Source: Oikopleura dioica
Taxonomy: Eukaryota > Animalia > Chordata
Length of the DNA: 64,000 bases
Assembly: GCA_907165135.1 (NCBI GenBank)
Contig: OU015567.1
Coordinates: 9,176,001-9,240,000 of the forward strand
Direction: 5' to 3'
Shown one piece after another: positions 10,192-23,390 of this stretch (its first letter is position 1; every line of letters starts with the position of its first letter). The translations under genes were made by a program, and so were the position numbers. The notes below the pieces were generated by a model. It was not told the DNA's origin. It saw only the letters and a program-made list of their open reading frames with translations, and did not search any database.

Positions 10192-13100
10192 ATGGCAGCT
10201 TTTGGTAAAACCACAGAGAATAAAGCGGGAACTTAGCTTATGATTTTTAGATCGAGAACAGGCCGGAGCCGCGGCCAACTACCTTCGACTTGATGATCAA
10301 GCCCTTCTTACTTTGCGAACAGCCGAATTCGCTGGCCGAAAGGCCGTTTGGGTTCCTCACAAGGACGATGAAAAGTCCTACGTGAAGGGAATTTTAACTG
10401 GCGAGAAAAAGGAGGGCAAGTTGGAAGTTGAGTTCGAGGGAACGAAAAAATTCTTCAAAGAAGACATTGTTGAATTCCAAAATCCTCCGAAATACGATCT
10501 CGTTGAGGATATGGCGGACATGACGTACCTGTCTGAGCCTGCTGTTCTTTGGAATCTTCGGTGAGTTTTTGTTTATGACTTCAAAGTAATTTTCTTCATT
10601 AGGGACCGATACCAGCGATTCATGATCTACACATATTCGGGTCTCTTCTGCGTTACTGTCAACCCATACAAGATGTTGCCAGTGTACGATAAGAACGTCG
10701 TTGTTTGCTTCAAAGGTAAAATCTTAAAACAGCGAAGAAATCTTCTATGTTTTCAGGCAAACGACGAGCTGAAATGCCTCCTCATCTCTATGCCATCTCC
10801 GACAACGCCTACACCAACATGTTGATTAACCGCGAGAACCAGTCTATGCTGATTACCGGCGAGTCTGGTGCGGGTAAAACCGTCAATACCAAAAAAGTCA
10901 TCACTTACTTTGCGATCGTTGCCGCTCTTGGACAAAAGAAGGAAGACGACGATGGTCCTAAAAATGCTCTGAAAGGAACGCTCGAAGATCAAATTGTCTC
11001 CGCCAACCCTGCTATGGAAGCCTTTGGAAATGCGAAAACGACGAGAAACGACAACTCTTCCCGATTTGGTAAATTCATCCGAATCCATTTTGGCCTCACT
11101 GGTAAACTCGCTTCTGGTGATATCGAGACTTACTTGCTCGAGAAAAACCGAGTCGTTGATCAACAAAAAGCCGAGCGTTGCTACCATATCTTCTACCAGA
11201 TTTGTTCTGGAGCAAAACCAGAGCTTAATGAAATGCTTTTGATCGGAAATGACCCGAGAGAATACAAGTTCTGTTCCTTCGGTGAGATTTCCGTCAAATC
11301 CATTGATGACAAGGAAGAACTCCTTGCGACTGACGCTTCTTTTGACGTTTTGGGTTTCACAGCAGAGGAAAAAACTGCCATCTGGAAGATCACCGGCGGC
11401 TTGATGCACATGGGAAACATGAATTTCAAGCAAAAGCCGCGAGAGGAACAGGCTGAACCAGTTGGATCGGAAGATGCGGACAAGATCGGCTACCTGTATG
11501 GTATCAACTCAGCCGAGCTTCTCAAAGCCTACTGCTCTCCACGAGTCAAAGTCGGTAACGATTACGTCACGAAAGGCCAAACGCCTGCTCAAGTCTACAA
11601 CGCCGTCTCTGCCATCACCAAAGCTATCTACGGTCGCCTTTTCAACTGGCTTGTCAATGTCATCAACAAACAGCTTTCAACTAAGCTTCCTCGCAATTTC
11701 TTCATCGGTATTCTCGATATTGCCGGTTTCGAAATTTTCGACTTGAACTCGTTCGACCAGCTTTGTATCAACTACACAAACGAAAAGCTTCAGCAGTTTT
11801 TCAATCACCACATGTTCACACTTGAACAGGAAGAATACAAAAAAGAAGGAATCGAGTGGGAGTTCATCGATTTCGGTATGGATCTTCAGGCCTGCATCGA
11901 GCTTATCGAAAAGCCCCTTGGCATCATGTCAATTCTTGAGGAGCAGTGTATGTTCCCCAAAGCAACCGACACAACTTTCAAGGAAAAACTATACCTCCAG
12001 CATTTGGGTAAAAATGCCAAGTTCGCCAAACCCGGTCCCAAAAAACGAAAATTTGAAGCTCATTTCGTTTTGGGTCACTACGCAGGTGACGTCGAGTACA
12101 ACATTGAAGACTGGCTTGACAAAAACAAGGATCCTCTCAACACTACTGTCGTTGGTTTGCTCCAAAAAGCTTCGCTCAAGGTTCTCGTTGATACCTGGGC
12201 TGACTACGTGAGTCCAGATGAGGCCGGCGCTGGAGGCGGTGGAAAAGGAGGAAAACGACAAAAAGGCGGTTCTTTCCAAACTGTCTCTGCTCTTCATCGA
12301 CAGTCACTCCAGAAGCTCATGACCAACCTTCGCTCTACTCAGCCCCATTTCATCCGTTGTATCATCCCCAACGAGATCAAAAAGCCTGGCTACATGCACG
12401 GCGGGCTCGTTCTCCACCAACTTCGATGCAACGGTGTTTTGGAAGGTATTCGAATTTGTCGAAAGGGTTTCCCGAATCGAGTTGTCTACAGCGATTTTAA
12501 ACAGCGGTACCGGATCTTGAACCCAAATTTGGTTCCTGAAGGCCAATTCATGGACAACAAGAAGGCCACGGAGAAGCTAATGCTTTCAATCAAGGATTCT
12601 ATTGATCCAGAGCGGTATCGACTTGGTCATACCAAGATTTTCTTCAAAGCCGGAACCGTCGGTGATCTTGAAGACTTGCGAGATCAGAAGATAGCTAGCA
12701 TCATGACCATGCTTCAGCGGGAGATGAGAAGTAACCTTGCTAAACGCATGTTCAATCAGAAGCTGAAAGAACGAGAAGCTATTTATGTCATTCAAGCGAA
12801 TCTCAGATCCTTCATGAGCTTGAAAGACTGGGAGTGGATGAAACTCATGTACAAAATCAAACCATTGCTGCAATCAGCAGAGCAGCAGAAAGAAATGGAA
12901 GAGCTCGTGAAAGAAGCTGAAGCTACAAAAGAAAAGCTCGAGACCGAAACTTCGAAGCGCAAGCAACTGGAAGAGTCGAATGTCACCTTGAATCAGGAGA
13001 AAAACGAACTGGTTCAGAAGCTACGAGAAGAACAAGATCAACTTGCTGACGCTGAAGACCGTTGTGAGCAGCTCATGAAAGCGAAAGTCGACGGTGAAAT

Positions 13101-16100
13101 CAAGATCAAAGAAATGCAAGAGCGCCTCGAAGATGAGGAGGAAATGAACAACGATCTCGTCTCCAAGAAGCGAAAACTAGAAGACGAGTGTTCCGAATTG
13201 AAAAAAGACATCGACGATCTCGAGCTTACCTTAGCCAAGGTTGAGAAAGAAAAGCATGCGCTCGGGAATAAAATGAAGAACATGACCGAGGAGATCGCGA
13301 TTTGCGAGGAAAAGAATGCAAAAATCATCAAAGAGAAGAAGGCTCTCCAAGAAGCGCATCAACAGACTCTTGACGACCTTCAGCAAGAAGAAGACAAAGT
13401 CAATTCCTTGTCGAAGGCTAAAGCCAAGCTCGAACAGCAAGTTGACGATATTGAAGCTTCATTAGAAGCTGAGAAGAAGTCAAGACTTGATCTTGAACGA
13501 GTAAAACGAAAACTCGATGGAGACCTCCGCTTGGCTCAAGAGGCCATTATGGACTTGGAGAATGACAAACAGCGGTTAGAGGAAAAATTCAAGAAGTCTG
13601 AGTTTGAAGTATCTCAACAGCATGCTAAACTCGAAGACGAGTCAGCATTGAACATGCAAATGCAGAAAAAGATCAAAGAACTACAGTCGCGAGTTGAAGA
13701 ACTTGAAGAGGAACTTGATGCTGAGCGTCAATCTGGAGCAAAATCGGAGAAGCAAAAAACGGACTTGACGCGTGAACTTGATGAAATGGCTGAAAAACTT
13801 GAAGAAGCAATGGGACAGACGTCTGCTCAGATCGAGCTGAATAAGCGACGAGAAGGAGAAATGGCGAAAGTTCGACGAGATCTCGAAGAAGCGAATTTAG
13901 CTCATGAAACAACTGTGGTCATGCTGAGGAAGAAACACGCCGATCAAGCATCTGAACTCTCCGAACAAGTCGACAACCTTCAACGCGTGAAACAAAAGCT
14001 CGAAAAAGAAAAATCCGAATGCAAAATGGAAATCGACGATCTGACCTCCAACTGCGAATCATTGACCAAGAGCAAGCTGAACTTTGAAAAATCTCTCCGA
14101 CAATCTGAAGATGCACTTTCTGAAGCGACGCGAAACATGGCTGATATGGAACGATGTATTGCTGATCTCAATGCGGAAAAAGCAAGGTTCCAGACTGAAG
14201 TTGGCGAATTGACACGAGTGCTTGACGAGCGAGAATCAATGGCTTCCCAGCTGGTGCGAGGCAAAAATTCTCTTCAGCAGCAAAACGAAGAACTCAAGCG
14301 GGCACTAGAAGAAGAATCTAAAGCGAAAACAGCTCTTGCTCATTCTCTCCAAGCGCACAAACACGACATCGATCTCCTTCGAGAACAATGCGAAGAAGAG
14401 CAAGAAGCAAAGCAAGAACTCCAACGAAACCTGACAAAATCGAACAACGAAATCAACATCTGGCGAAACAAGTACGAGACTGACGCTATTCAGCGCACGG
14501 AAGAGCTAGAGGAAGCAAAGAAAAAGCTAACAGCCAGACTTCAAGAGGCGGAAGAACAAGTTGAAGCCGCCCAGGCAAAATGCGCTACGCTTGAAAAAAC
14601 GAAAAACCGACTTATGAACGATGTTGAGGACGTCACGAACGATTTGGAACGCGCTAACCAGGCCGCGTCTCAGCTTGATAAGAAGCAGCGTAATTTTGAT
14701 AAACAAATGGCTGACCAGAAGATGCGAGAAAACGAGCTATCAGCGGAACTTGAAACTTCTCAGAAAGAAAACCGAGGTCTTTCAACTGAGCTTTTCAAAA
14801 TGAAAAATGCTTATGAAGAGGCCTTGGATGCGCTTGAAACAATCAAACGGGAGAACAAGAATGTTCAAGAAGAAGTTGCAGATCTGACCGACCAACTCGC
14901 AGAATCAGTTAAAGCCACCCATGATCTCGAAAAAGCGAAACGAGCCATGGAACAGGAGCGAAATGAGCTGCACGCAACTTTGGAAGATTCCGAATCGGCT
15001 GTTGAAGCTGAAGAATCCAAAGTTCTCCGACTTCAGGTTGAACTCGCTCAACTCAAGCAAGATATTGACCGACGAATGCGAGAAAAGGATGAAGAATTCG
15101 AAAATACTCGAAGAAATCAGCAGCGCGCGATGGAATCCATGCAGGTGACGCTTGATTCTGAGATCAGAGCACGAGCGGAGCTGGCAAGGACTAAGAAGAA
15201 GATGGAGAGCGACATGAATGACATGGAAATTTCAATGGCGAAGTACCGAAAGCAGCTTGAGAATACTATCGGGACTAATAAGGAATGGAATTCATCTACT
15301 TTGAAAATGATTTAAAGCCAAAATTATTTGATTCAATGCTTGAATTCTTGAAAAGGATTACTCCCAACAAATCAAGGACCTTCAAATGCGTCTTGACGAC
15401 GAAGAACGGAAAATGGACGACGCCTCCGAAAATATGCAAGTCGTCGAGCGTCGCGCAAATCTTCTTACTGCAGAAATCGACGAGCTTCGAAACGCTCTTG
15501 AGCAAGCGGAACGAGGTCGCAAACTTGCTGAGAGCGAACTTATGGACTCGAACGAGCGTGCGGCTCTTTTGCACACGCAAAATACAGCTCTCTTGAATCA
15601 GAAGCGTAAATGCGAGACCGAATTGCTCGCTGTCGCCAATGAAATTGAAGAAGCGGTTCAAGAGGCGAAGAACGCCGAGGACAAGGCCAAGAAGGCGATT
15701 ACCGACGCCGCCTTGATGGCTGAGGAGCTCAAGAAGGAGCAGGATACTAATGCTCACTTGGAGAGGATGAAGAAAAACATCGAAACGAACACGAAGGCAC
15801 TTCAACATCGACTGGACGAGGCTGAGCAAGTGGCGCTAAAAGGTGGAAAGAAGCAGATCGCGAAACTGGAGCACAGAATTAGGGATATTGAAGCTGAGCT
15901 GGATGCGGAGCAGAGACGAAACGTCGATGCATCCAAGGTTCAGAGGAAACTTGAGCGCAAGCTGAAAGAGGTACGTAATGAAAAAGCATTTTTAAAACGT
16001 GTAAATATATTTTATAGGTCACTTATGCAGCTGAAGAAGACAAGAAGAACGTCATTCGCATGCAAGATCTCATCGACAAGCTCCAAGTCAAGGTCAAAAC

Positions 16101-16260
16101 CTACAAGAAGCAAGCAGAATCTTGCGAAGAAACAGCAAATGCAAACCTCAGCAAATACCGACGGCTTCAGCATGAGCTCGAAGAATCCGAGGAACGAGCG
16201 GAAATCGCCGAGTCTCAGGTCAACAAGTTGCGATCAAAGCGCGAAATGGACTCCTTCTAA
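10192..16260 (+). CDS. Class II striated-muscle-type myosin heavy chain
   Basis: [18 protein letters not shown] start, SH3-like N-terminus, P-loop GESGAGKT, switch [11 protein letters not shown], switch [26 protein letters not shown] region and a complete coiled-coil rod ending [17 protein letters not shown]. Introns include 10205-10250 and 15283-15355 (GA-AG). Confidence 0.97.
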
Positions 16261-17034
16261 GAAAGGCTTAGAGCAAGCTTTCCACTGATTTGCTTTGTGT
16301 GTGTTTTCATCTAATAAAGTTTTGGGTTTTCTTAAATTGGACTGAAATCTCGTTTGCAGGTTGTTATGGCAGCAGAGTAGTTAAGTTAACTTGGTGAGCC
16401 GGGCGTTCTTTTAGAAAGTTTTTATTATGCCTCCAGCCCACTTTACTTTTCGCGGCTTGGGTTTCCATTCTAGAGTTTTGACTTCAAACAATGACCTGGA
16501 CACATTGAGACGAATGTCCTTGAGTTAACCTCTTACGCGAGATATGCAACTGACACTTACCGCATATAAGTGCGCCCGAGTCTTGCGTATTTACTTCGCG
16601 GTGGGTCTTTTACGATGATTCTAACAGGCACGAATGGAGATGAGACTGTCCTATCAAACTGTCGACGGGCCCGTATGTTCGTTATCTTTGGCTGTATGGG
16701 AGCTAGAAGTTGTTATCATTTTAATTCAAGATAGGCTTATAAAAGCCTATTAGCCCAATTAACCGGTCAGACGTAATCCAGTACCTTTTATTCCACGTTC
16801 TATACAGCCACGAAAATGAGTACTTTCTTGAATTTTCTAAACTTTGAAAATGTTCAGTACATAAATGGGTCAACGTGAGCTAAACTTGACGCATTTTCTT
16901 AATGACATTCAATCCGGCAAATCACAATTACAAAGATGCTGAAGTTGCTATTATTGCCAAGCCGTGAACCTAGACCGCAATTATCACTCGTTTGTTTGCG
17001 TTTCAGTTTATTCAAAAATATAGTCGTTCAAGAA

Positions 17035-19054
17035 TCAAGCTAAATAGATGCGAATCATTTGACGTCTGTTTGAAGGTTTGTTGCAGATTGGACACACGGG
17101 TGCAACTCCAGTTCTCGTAAAGGCTTTCTCGAGGCATGATCTTCCAAATACGTGACCACATTTTATTTTAACAGTATGGTGTCCTTCATCATCATAATCT
17201 CTTAAGAACAGATACAATGTAATATGCAAATTTAGCGCTGAAACGTACCCCAAACATATACGACATTGAAGACGAGCTTCTAGCTCCTCGTATTTAGCCT
17301 CTGTATCTTCCCACTTGTCCTTTAGCTTGCCATACTCATTTTTTATCTTTTCGAGCTCATTTAGATCAACTCCAGAACCAGCTTCTTGAATAAGATACTC
17401 TATCGTAGCTTCACTATTGGCGATTTGGGCACCCAAGCACTCAATGGTCGCTTGTAGCTCATCTTTACATCGTTTTTAAAAAAAGTTATTTAATAACTTT
17501 TCTAATAGAAAATGTAATATTTTCAAAAACCCGTGCCTATGACTTCAGAATTAGACTTGTCCTTGCGTCTATGAATTGAGTAAACCGCCGAGTGTTCTTT
17601 TTTGAGAACCTCAATCTCAAACCGGAGGTTCCAAATGATCTCATCTTTTTCTGACATTTTCTCAGCATGCTTTTTCTTGAAATTTTCGAGTTCTTCCGTT
17701 GTTTTTACATTTGTGCCATAGTTTACGTGATCCCTTAACGGGAACGGGTGATCTTTCGTTATTGGACCTTGGTGTTGTCGTCGTGGGTCTACAGAACTGT
17801 TCAATGATTTCTTTAGATTCCGAATTTGTTGTTGGAGTTCGAAGATGTCTTTTGAATACTGATCCTTGTTAGACTCTATCATCGCTTGAAGAGCGGCTAT
17901 TTCTTCATCCTTCTCTTTCGAGCTGATATCAACTGTAGGAGGTTGGTATTTCTCAAGCTCACTGAGTCGCTCCTGCATGCGATGGTTCAAATTTCTTTGA
18001 TTACTGAGCTCCCGCCAGAGATTGTGCTCAAGAGGGGTCTTCAGATTTTTCGGCTCTTTCAAGTTTTGATCATCGCCAATTAATGTTTCCTCTCGTATGT
18101 ACTCAATTTGACTCAAATTGACCTCTGATGGCTCTTCAACCTTTTCTTGCGTTTTCTTGTACCTTTCGTTCGTCGAGTCAGAAAAGGTGACTCCCTTTTT
18201 GCAGTTATTACAGCTTTCGGAAAGAAGCAACAGAGCATCACTTTGCTCTTTGAGCCTCTCATCATATTCCTTCTTCATTTTCGCGAATTCAGTTGTATAG
18301 TACGTCTGAGTACTGATAACCAGCTTTCTCACATCGCTGCAGTCCTTCCTCTCACACACTTCGGGGACGCTCTCTTGTTTTGCTGATCTTGGAGTCTTTG
18401 GGATCTCGGGCAAGACGCTGAACTTGGACGCACTTTGGTTTCTCAAGTTTTCGAATTGCTCTTTGCATCTTTTATCGAGTTTTGTCTTCAGCTCGGCGAG
18501 TCTGAACGGAGATGCGCTACAATCAATTTTCAAGTGTTAGCCAAGTGCATTTTCCCGATCATTTTCTTTTCAGAAGTGCAGAGTTCGGGATTCTTATCGA
18601 AATTTTAATTAACTTCTGATAATTTATCTCATTCCTGTTACAAGCTGCTTGATAATTCCCCACGCAGGCGAAATTCTCTCCATTCGTCAAGTTATACTTC
18701 CCCATCAAAGAAACCATGCTCCATTTGTACATGTACTCTTCATCCTCTCTTGCGCTTTTTCTAGCGCTTTCCCCATCATTCCAAAGCCTTTCGCACCAAA
18801 AGAGAATCTCCTTCGGTGAGTAGGTCTCTCTAACAGATCGGGATGCGAACTGGATCGAGGCATAAATAGGGTTAATCATGACTTAATTCAATCTGGTACT
18901 TCAAGTGAAGCGGGTCTTGGTGACAGCCAAACATGAAATTTGTTGGGTCCTTCCAAATAGTGACGTATCGGGAGATCAGTAAACAGAGAATTAACCCTCC
19001 TACAGATTCTACGCTTGTTATGGAATTGTCATAACAAAAGTTTTTCCCGTTCAA
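17035..19054 (-). CDS. Coiled-coil protein with a C-terminal RFWD3-type (C3HGC3) RING finger; probable E3 ligase
   Basis: After removing intron 17201-17248 the RING reads CRICLGDYDDEGHHTVKIKCGHVFGRSCLEKAF...CPICNKP. Long coiled-coil ORF 17523-18533 lies upstream. Linkage of the 5' pieces (18559-19054) and the true start are uncertain. Confidence 0.7.
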
Positions 19055-21477
19055 AGTTGGACCAGACAGGCAGATATTTCTAAACTAAGATAGATTGAAT
19101 AAGTTTAGGGAGAGTCATCTCAAAACACGGAACACGACCGCACTTGAAAATAGCAGCTCATCATTTTATGAGCATTTTACTAGTGCTCTGTTTGGCGGTT
19201 TGTGGCCTGCGCCCTTGTGAAGGATCAGACGGGAGTAATATTTAGCGTGGTGGTAGTGGAGCTTTACCGAGGGATGCAATTTTGGACTTTTCGCATCGCG
19301 CCACGGTCTAAATACGATACAGCTCAATTCGCGTTTTAGAAGATTTTCACGGCGCCAATTTCGTGCCGATTCTTCTTAACGTGCGAGATTTCGCACTAGA
19401 AAGGGGCCCTAAATCCACTTTGCATGCTCAATTCAATCTCTTGTTTCTTCCTCACTGTAGACTTCGGGCAAAATCGTTAACCGAGTTTCGTTTGTTTTCA
19501 GACGAAGCAATTATCCGAGCTTGTTTTCATAAATATTGAATCTTTATACATCATTAACACTTGTTTTGACAAAGTACGCGGGAATATGGGCAATATGCAT
19601 AGACAGGCGAAAAACGTGGGTTTCCATGATACAACTTTCGCTCGAACAAAGTTCGTAGTTCAGCTATCAGCGTAATCAGCTCTTGTATAATTGACAGTGA
19701 CCGTGAATTTGAAGTTATCAGCGAGTGACGTACCGCGCGTTCTTTTCCTTCTGTCAAGATAAAATTCCTATCTCTCGACTAAAACTACCATAAAAGCCCC
19801 TGGTCGAATCCAATCTTCTTAGAATCGAGTAGATTTGAAAGTAGAAAATGGCGTCATTCAGAAGTTGGCAAAATCCAACGTAGGAATCGAGAAACATTAT
19901 TTTCCCCAAAACATTAAACTGATAGGAACGACTGATAAGAAGGACAAGGACTTTGAGTACACGCCACAAATGTTTAACCCAAAGCGGCTTTCAAATTTAT
20001 GTATACAAGTTGTTTGAAAAAAAGCTGGTCCAATAAAAACAGGAGTGAGTCGTTATTACAGTACTTTGTACGTTACTTGTTCTTACTACAGGTAACACAG
20101 TGGCTGGGCTAGCAAAGTGTTTAATTTCGATGATAGCTGGGGCGATTGATTGGCAATTATCTGGAAAATCAACTTGAATAAATTTGGCGGGATGAAAGGA
20201 AACGGACAAGAACCCTCAAAAAGCACGATTCGCCGGTTCAACAAAGAGAGACAGTTCAGAGCAGCTTGCCCGCAAAGGCCACTCGAACACGTTCCATCCC
20301 CTACCGCAGCAGTTACTTTTACAAATCAGTTTTCCCAAAAGTCAACACGGAAACTATTGGACACCGATTCACTCAAAGAAAAACCAACGAACAAATTGAA
20401 AAAGTCGATCAGTACTTCATAAAATCTGAAAATCTTTGATTTACTCTCAAATATAAAGAGCACCTCCGTTGTTTTATATTTTTGAGCTCTTTTTTTCGAA
20501 AAAAAACGAAAAAAAATTATTGAAAATTTTTTGAAAATACTCATAAAAGCCCATAAATTTAGACGGCCTTAAAAGTGTCCGTTCTAAAGTCACAGTGAAA
20601 TAAATTTGTAACCTGTAATAAGAGCCTGTCAGTTATCAATATTCCACCCATGGTTTGGAACTTCCATAATACCTTCGCCTCCTTATCAATCTTCTTCAGT
20701 TTCCTGCAAAAACAGACACGATTTTTTGATTACTTAAAATTTTATTTGCAGGTTTAAATATAGCCAACTCAAGGGCGAGATCCCGTATGTAACTGTATGT
20801 GATTGTAATGAGCAATTTAAATATATACTGTACTGTGAAACTGTGATTTAGAATGAATGGGGCTCAGTGGACGGTTTTATGCAAAGATTAATTTTTAGGG
20901 TGTCTCGCGAAAAAGTTATAAACGATATTTATATGTGTTGGGGTGATGCGAGCATGATGCTGTGATTCAAAATGCCGCAGTGACCCCGGTTCTTTCGAAT
21001 ATACAGTAGTAATAAATAGTTACAGTGACAAAATCGGGCATATCGGTTGTGTGTTTGATAAGGAGAGCTAGAGTCTGCAAAGACTTTATCAGCTTCATAA
21101 AGTCTTGACAAACAGTAGCTCGGAACATGTTGATCTAACTTAAGGGTATCCGCCTCGATTCACCAATTCGCAAAATCTCTCCAACACTTTCTCTTATCTT
21201 GAAATTAAGAATAAAAGCCACTGAAAAGTAATTTTTGCGAATCGCTAAATTCGAGATTGAGATACAGTAACAAGTCCTTGAAGTTAGAAAAACGGTACTT
21301 TTCAAAGAAAAATAACGAACAGTGGCAACAGAAATAGAATAATTGAAGAAGCTGTGATTAGCGATAAACGATGGAAAATAATTTTTTGTTTAGTCAAAGC
21401 GGCAAGTAGGTGACTTGTTTTTTTGTTTGCGAAAATTTGGGCGACGTCAATCAGGAGTCAAATAACAACCTTTACAT

Positions 21478-23390
21478 TTAGCCTTCAGATGGCAACTCCC
21501 GGCCGAGGGATTTGAGTTTCTCCTTGTACTCGTTAATAGCTTTCACGTGGGTTGGAATCGTTCCTTCGGGAAGCTTGTTTTCGGGCTCGGGAATTCCTCC
21601 GTTTTGGATTCCCATCATTTTCTATAAAAAAAAAATAAGCGAAATGAATATTATCAAAAAACTTACTCTCATAAGAAGCCAGAGAACAATACCACCACAG
21701 GCGAAGCCCATAGCAATGATTCCATATTTGATCATTTTCTTGTTCTGCATGTCGGTCTTGCCACCCAACATGGATGCCTTGTCGAAAACAGGGTTGTCAA
21801 AGGCGAAATTCGCTCTCATCGTCGACATTTCTAAAGAAAAATGTTGAAATTCATTTCACTGACATTCGACGAGAGTAACGATATATTGGTACTGTAACTA
21901 ACCTTCTGTAGTAGTAGTTTCCATTGTCGAGGCAGTTGTTGTTGTCTCTGTGGTCGTTGTTTCTGTTTCTATTTCCTGGCTGTTTACAATTTCTTACAAC
22001 AAGAAAAGCGGGGGGTTATTCAACCTCAGCTGCAAATATTTATCAATATTGGCCAGTGCCTGAAATTGACTTTGATTCTTCCTCGTTTTGCTGAGCTGGC
22101 CTTAGCCGAAAGTCCATCACAAAAGAGCCAGTTTCGGCATTTGAAGTGAACAACGAGTAAACCAAGTTGCCGGTGGAAACGATTGGCTCAGTTGTACTTT
22201 CGCACAGCTTGAAGTCGTTCTCGTTTGCGACATCAACAATATGCAGTGATTGGCGATCGCAGTTCGAAAACGTCGAAGAAAAGCCAAGCTCGATTGTGCG
22301 GCCTTCAGGGGCGGAAATTCTAAAAGAAAGTTCAATACTAGGGATTGACTTGTCAGATTTAAACACTTGACTTTTGTTAACATATTTCCAAATCAGGAGC
22401 TTACGTAGTTCGAATTCAGCAAAAATATACTCGTGCGTGTAAAACACTAGAATGTTGCCGGTAAGGCACTTTCTCTTACTGGAGCACCCTGAGACCCTGC
22501 CTAAGGATTATACACGCAAAGGGGTCAAGCACTTGAATAAACATAAATAAAACGCTGAGTTCTTTATTGAAGATTTTCAAGAAACAAAGTGCTTCTCTAT
22601 CTGTAGCCTACAGATTGTAGGTTATTTCTCGAAATGGAATGAAGTACTTTTTTTAAGAGAGAGAAGGAGACATCGAATTAATCGATAAGAATGATAAACG
22701 AATTGGCCAAGACATGAGCCGGCTTTTGGTAGTCCTAGATTACAGATCCTTATTCAGGAATGAGTTCCGGTTTAGGAACAACTGCCGGCTTGAGTAGCAT
22801 AAGCTGATCAGGCCCTATTCAAGCGTTTGCTATGTAAACGTGTCGATTCGTATGTTTCCACAACTGAAACGAAAGGACTGGTAAGTAGTATTTCACACTT
22901 TGTTTTCAATACGTTTTAAAAAGGGGATCGCATTTTCGAAGAAGAAAGAGTCGAGTTAAGTGGATGGCGCATTTACTGAATGTGCTCTCTATTGTCCGCG
23001 AAATTCATAATGGGTAGGTTCAACTTCGTAATAATCATCATTAAAGTCGGCTATCGTCAATTTTAGGAAAAAAAGACGTTCTTTAATGGAATTTGCTCAA
23101 GGAAAAGATAAGCTTTACGTGACTTTACTGGAGCAGAAAGAAGGAAATTTGATTAGTACAAGAATACACCGAAAACGCTTGAAAAACATTTGTCGGAAAA
23201 AAATAAGGAATATAAAAAGAAATTTATGATTTTAACTTGCACTTACATATACATGCACTCGGCTTGGCCAGCATCTCCCGGAAAGTTAGGAGATTTGATT
23301 TGGTCCCAATCGTCACCAGCCTCTACGGTCTTTGTGCAACTGGGACGGTTGCTGTTTTCAAGGCTCAAATCTTTTGTTTCCATGCTACTA
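21478..23390 (-). CDS. Type-I membrane protein: CUB domain, Thr-rich stalk, TM helix, short tail (5' signal exon not located)
   Basis: The exon at about 23265-23390 (SCTKTVEAGDDWDQIKSPNFPGDAGQAECMYI) splices in frame to ISAPEGRTIELGF...CDRQSLHI...KLC...IVSTGNLVYSLFTS (CUB). This is followed by TTTTETTTTAST and TM YGIIAMGFACGGIVLWLLM; stop at 21478-21480. Confidence 0.75.

Noticed and set aside
10753-15829. Long antisense and alternative-frame ORFs over the myosins (also 47260-51817) and over the Cys-rich gene (5943-6869)
   Set aside because: Shadow ORFs produced by codon bias of the real CDS; they carry no independent motifs.
16731-16750. Hairpin ATAGGCTT-ATAA-AAGCCTAT
   Set aside because: An 8-bp AT-rich stem is expected by chance in 64 kb, and there is no Helitron CTRR context or other support.
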